From IMG/VR virus record IMGVR_UViG_3300048837_000984, positions 32,001-96,000 of that record: a stretch of DNA of 64,000 nucleotides. The stretch is one strand, 5' to 3'. The DNA is from a virus. The notes under the pieces were generated by a model. The model saw only the letters and a list, made by a program, of their open reading frames with translations, was not told the DNA's origin and searched no databases. Shown in pieces: positions 60,648 to 64,000 of this stretch. The translations under genes and the position numbers were made by a program. Within the stretch, counting starts at the first letter, position 1; every line of letters begins with the position of its first letter.

Positions 60648-61286
60648 CTACTCCCGTCTGCTGAGAACCCTTTTGCACTCGCCCTGGTAATCGCTTGTTA
60701 AGTCTGTAACCCTTCCAACCCACTCATCCGAACAGGCATGCGCTGGCAAGATTACCCTGTCCCCGACCTTGACCGGAAGGTCTGTGTCGTAGGCATACTT
60801 GCCGTTGACGGTAATGCGTTTCTCGTAAGCTGGCGGGCGACCTACCTTTCTGGCCCAGCGGATAGCCCGCATGCTGGCGCTTTTTTTAGCCCTCTCATGC
60901 GAAGCGTAGACGGCTACGAAGCTCGTCTTCTGGAACGGCCACCACGCCATCGGCAAGAGGTTCTTGCTGTTACCGTAGCGGTAAGCCTCAAACGACTCGG
61001 TCAGGTAAACAGACCAGTGAAACGACAAGAACCCTGGCGTCGGCTGGGGTTCCCTGTCTGTGAACGTTACGGACGGTACCGGCTGCTCGTAAACAATCTG
61101 TGGACCCAGCTTCATCCACTCACTCAGGGTCACCTTGACCCCGTTCACGTAGGTCTTGTCTACAGGCAAGCTGTGCTCCTCTACGTAGTCCAGCCAGACG
61201 CTGCGTGAGAAGTCTATACGAATGCCACGATAGAAATCGTCCAGCATGGCCTGGGTAGTTGCCAGGTGTCTGGGATCTATGACCAT
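60648..61286 (-). CDS. TIGR02996-related subfamily B protein with extra C-terminal domain
   Basis: MLDDFY...VWLDYVEEH...EWMKLGPQIV...FTDREP...RAIRWAR. Confidence 0.75.
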   Translation of the reverse strand: MVIDPRHLATTQAMLDDFYRGIRIDFSRSVWLDYVEEHSLPVDKTYVNGVKVTLSEWMKLGPQIVYEQPVPSVTFTDREPQPTPGFLSFHWSVYLTESFEAYRYGNSKNLLPMAWWPFQKTSFVAVYASHERAKKSASMRAIRWARKVGRPPAYEKRITVNGKYAYDTDLPVKVGDRVILPAHACSDEWVGRVTDLTSDYQGECKRVLSRRE

Positions 61287-61301
61287 TCTCCAGGTTCTCC
61301 T

Positions 61302-61316
61302 ACTTAATTTTTAAGT
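61302..61316 (-). promoter_or_regulatory. 15-bp palindromic motif ACTTAAAAATTAAGT
   Basis: Exact copy followed by AGGAG. Confidence 0.7.
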
Positions 61317-61321
61317 CCGAA

Positions 61322-61349
61322 CGGGGGGTGGGGATAACCCCACCCCCCG
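61322..61349. terminator. Strong GC hairpin just upstream of the 15-bp motif
   Basis: CGGGGGGTGGGG-ATAA-CCCCACCCCCCG; no clear T-tract. Confidence 0.5.
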
Positions 61350-61363
61350 CCACGGACTCAATG

Positions 61364-61630
61364 TTAGTCGTAATCTTCGTCGACGTCAGCATCGTCGTCA
61401 TACTCTGCGGCATCGTCGAAGTCGATGTCGCACGTCATGATCACCATCTTGCCCCCAGGAACTCCAGGAGGCTGGTCCTCGACCATCATGCCGACCGGAT
61501 GCAGAATGACCGCTTCGTCATCCTCGACGATTTGTTCGGCTGACTCGTCCGTCAACATCAGGCTGAACGGCACCTCATCGGGCACGTTCGCCAGGAACTT
61601 CTTGATGTCACCCACCGTCATCGAAGCCAT
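61364..61630 (-). CDS. Acidic hypothetical protein (88 aa)
   Basis: MASMTVGDIKKFL; AAGG SD. Confidence 0.75.
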   Translation of the reverse strand: MASMTVGDIKKFLANVPDEVPFSLMLTDESAEQIVEDDEAVILHPVGMMVEDQPPGVPGGKMVIMTCDIDFDDAAEYDDDADVDEDYD

Positions 61631-61707
61631 GTTTTCACCCTTTAATCGTTGACAATCGACACTGAACACAGTAGAGTGGAGCTCCACTCTACTGTGTTCA
61701 ACCACTT

Positions 61708-62187
61708 TTACAGAGAATCAACAGGAAGCTTCTTAGCCTCCTCTGCCTTCTTTTCCGCAACAGCGTAGAAGGCCTCTGCGGCCTCGTACGCCTCGAAAAT
61801 CAGTGATTCGTGCCGCCGACCCTGGCTCTGTCCGCTGGCAAAGCCAGCCACAAAGATCTGCGAGGCCAGCTGGTTAATCGCCACCTGACGCTCGTGTGCT
61901 TGGTAGTTGGGCGGGGTTAGAAACCGGTGCATGCACGCGGCCGATTCTGCCTTCGTCATGGGCACGATCTCGTATTCACCGACATGTGTGGTATCAAATT
62001 GTCCGTCCCAGAACCGCGGGTCCGTGATAACCTTTTCAAGCCAGGGCAACATGGCCCGCCGAGCTTCTGGAAGTTGATCCGTCCGAAGACCTTTTGTGCC
62101 CGTCAGGTGTTCGATGTCCTTGACGATGTCTCTCGTGTCCGTGTGCAGCCGACCGGTCGTCAGGTTCCGGAGACGCTGAATGTCCAT
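61708..62187 (-). CDS. Hypothetical protein (159 aa)
   Basis: RLRNLTTGRLHT; AGGAG SD. Confidence 0.8.
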   Translation of the reverse strand: MDIQRLRNLTTGRLHTDTRDIVKDIEHLTGTKGLRTDQLPEARRAMLPWLEKVITDPRFWDGQFDTTHVGEYEIVPMTKAESAACMHRFLTPPNYQAHERQVAINQLASQIFVAGFASGQSQGRRHESLIFEAYEAAEAFYAVAEKKAEEAKKLPVDSL

Positions 62188-62200
62188 CTGGCTACTCCTT

Positions 62201-62215
62201 ACTTAATTTTTAAGT
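62201..62215 (-). promoter_or_regulatory. 15-bp palindromic motif ACTTAAAAATTAAGT
   Basis: Exact copy followed by AAGGAG. Confidence 0.7.
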
Positions 62216-62222
62216 GACTTCA

Positions 62223-62331
62223 ACGCTAAGGCCCCTAGAATCGCTTTTAACGAGTCTAGGGGCCTAAGACATCAAATCTATCTACCTACCTGATCGAAGG
62301 CCCGCAGAATCAATTCTAGGGGCCTTAGCGT
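62223..62331. repeat. Intergenic element with 19-bp perfect inverted repeats and two inner partial copies
   Basis: ACGCTAAGGCCCCTAGAAT at 62223-62241 and its reverse complement at 62313-62331. Confidence 0.8.
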
Positions 62332-62337
62332 CGATGC

Positions 62338-62556
62338 TCAGGGCAACAAAGGCGAAGCATCCGCAGAACCCTTCCGGATTGCCCCGATTCGGACCAGGGT
62401 CACGAACTCCCATTCCGTAAGCTTCTGACCGTTGCGAACTCGACCCTGGATCACGCGACGGCTACTTCCCGCCGCCGCAACAGCCGTCTCGTAAGTCTCG
62501 TAAGGCCCCCAAACGTATCGCTGGGGACCGGTACTGTCGACTACGTAAAACATCAC
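62338..62556 (-). CDS. Hypothetical protein (72 aa)
   Basis: GTGA overlap with the XRE gene. Confidence 0.65.
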   Translation of the reverse strand: MMFYVVDSTGPQRYVWGPYETYETAVAAAGSSRRVIQGRVRNGQKLTEWEFVTLVRIGAIRKGSADASPLLP

Positions 62557-63308
62557 TCTTCCCCGACCACGAGCTTGTTGACCGAGATGCCGAGGGCATT
62601 TGCGATCGGGACCAGCTTGGAAACGTGAAGCGATCGAAGCCCGAACTCAATCCGGCTCAGATCCGACGCACGAAGATCCACAGCCATGGCCAGCTCGAGC
62701 TGGGTCAGCCCAAGCATCTCCCGGTAGAACCGGATGCGATGCCCGATACCCATGCTTTCCGGACTTGCGTTATTGCTTCGCCCAGGCAATGGAGTCGGGT
62801 TCGCTTCCTGGAGAAACGTGTCCAGAGTGACGTTGAACAGCTGCGCGGCCTTGACCGCAGATGCCCAGGTAGGTCCGGATCGACCACATTCCAGCCGACT
62901 GTACTTGACCATGGAAAATCCGAGCTTGGCTGCGGTTTCGACCTGGGTCATCCGGGCCGTTAACCGCAGCTCTCGAAGCTTTGCCGAGAACCGGGCATTG
63001 ACGCCGAGATCCACCTCAGCCAGGCCTTTTCGCTTTCTACGTCGCTTTGCCGAGATCGACGTAACATCTTCCTCTGCCTTGACTTCCTGTTTGACAGACT
63101 CTTCCGTTTCCATGAGCTCTTTGGCTGAGATACCGAGAGCTGCGCACAGCCGTGTCGCCTCGTCAGGGCCGGGAAGGCAATAGCCGTACTCCCAGCGATA
63201 GATGGACCCTTTGCCGACCCGGGCTTCTGTTGCCAGACGGGTCTGACTCAGGCCAGACCGTGACCGGAGTTTTCGAAGTCTCTCTGCGAACTTTAGATGC
63301 GGTCTCAT
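62553..63308 (-). CDS. Transcriptional regulator with three tandem XRE (HTH_3) domains
   Basis: RLRKLRSRSGLSQTRLA; KLRELRLTARMTQVETA; RIRFYREMLGLTQLELA. Confidence 0.9.
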   Translation of the reverse strand: MRPHLKFAERLRKLRSRSGLSQTRLATEARVGKGSIYRWEYGYCLPGPDEATRLCAALGISAKELMETEESVKQEVKAEEDVTSISAKRRRKRKGLAEVDLGVNARFSAKLRELRLTARMTQVETAAKLGFSMVKYSRLECGRSGPTWASAVKAAQLFNVTLDTFLQEANPTPLPGRSNNASPESMGIGHRIRFYREMLGLTQLELAMAVDLRASDLSRIEFGLRSLHVSKLVPIANALGISVNKLVVGEE

Positions 63309-63760
63309 CCGTCCTCCCGTTCTCCCAGCGCCTTGCCGATCCGACGAGATCGACGAATTTGTTGCTCGGCAAGCCGGTTGGCTTGCAACTGTTGATTCAC
63401 TACGACCTGCTCTCGCAAGGAGAGCTCTTCCACCGGAGTGGACTTCAGATGGTCATCGGCCTTGCGATACTGTCGCAATGCCTTCTTCGTATGACTCTGC
63501 GGAAGATCCCGAATCTGTTCCGAGATCTCGGCGAGCTTGTAAGCTACGCCACGGACACACTTTAGGGAAATACCTCGCTCATCCTTGAGCCGCACTCTCA
63601 ACTTCGTGATGACATGGTTCCAGGAACCATGTCGACGTCGCATGCCCGCCAGTCGTTCGATGACGGTGTAGCGAACCAGCTTGCCGCGGTCAAGCGCCAG
63701 CGTGTACTGCCAGAGCGCCTCCACCGCTTTGGTGATTCTCTCACTCTTTGGGATAAGCAC
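63305..63760 (-). CDS. Hypothetical protein (151 aa)
   Basis: GTG start after GGAGG; the track's 5' extension crosses a terminator. Confidence 0.7.
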   Translation of the reverse strand: MLIPKSERITKAVEALWQYTLALDRGKLVRYTVIERLAGMRRRHGSWNHVITKLRVRLKDERGISLKCVRGVAYKLAEISEQIRDLPQSHTKKALRQYRKADDHLKSTPVEELSLREQVVVNQQLQANRLAEQQIRRSRRIGKALGEREDG

Positions 63761-63772
63761 CGATACCCTCCA

Positions 63773-63808
63773 CAAAAGAAACACCCATCCGCCGTCAGGA
63801 GGATGGGT
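63773..63808 (-). terminator. Rho-independent terminator
   Basis: ACCCATCC/GGATGGGT stem followed by GTTTCTTTT. Confidence 0.6.
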
Positions 63809-64000
63809 CCTTGCCTCGCCGCGCCGTACCGGACCGGACCTGGCCTTGCCCAACCCGGCCAAGAAAATACCCACGTGACCAGTTAAGGGAACGTGGGTCC
63901 GGACCATACCTCGCATCGCCAAGCCCCGCCTTGCCTTGCCCTGCCGCGCTACGTTAAACGCAGTCAGTAAAGGCCTTGCGGAAATACCCACTCGACAGTT

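Noticed and set aside
63761-63991. N-terminal extension of 63305..63991 (ARQGKARRG-type)
   Set aside because: It crosses a terminator hairpin and low-complexity GGCAAGGC-rich DNA; a GGAGG-GTG start at 63760 is better supported.
1-64000. tRNA, rRNA, integrase, transposase, capsid, terminase or portal genes
   Set aside because: No recognisable motifs. 1006..3375 could be a core structural protein but cannot be assigned by eye.

Overview
This is a segment of a large (jumbo-type) bacteriophage genome. Essentially all real genes are on the minus strand. The host is probably a planctomycete (Gemmataceae-like), inferred from the TIGR02996-like and 'MTEAEWL...RDIxGNPF...GCWAxDL' families. There are three zones. 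(1) 1-26.5 kb is a virion/transcription module. It holds a multisubunit RNA polymerase encoded as a beta + N-terminal beta' fusion and a separate C-terminal beta', together carrying six inteins in catalytic elements. It also holds glycine-zipper proteins with recurring K-x-A motifs and a polyprotein joining a 2H phosphoesterase to a SET domain. (2) 27.5-40.4 kb looks ORF-poor in the track, but on reading it is an almost gapless, translationally coupled array of about 65 hyper-divergent mini-genes (mostly 50-85 aa). Nearly all begin M-x(0-4)-A-x-L and repeat A-x-L every ~8-11 residues. This is the main candidate for an undescribed system. (3) 40.4-64 kb is an accessory region of about 50 small genes dominated by paralog families: about 14 TIGR02996-like genes, 7 Gemmata-type genes with Zn-finger inserts, Rmf-like and DUF433 genes, and a triple-XRE regulator. 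A 15-bp palindromic motif, ACTTAAAAATTAAGT, recurs there in front of ribosome-binding sites. No CRISPR array, tRNA, rRNA or reverse transcriptase was recognised. All family assignments are by eye from motifs; no searches were run.
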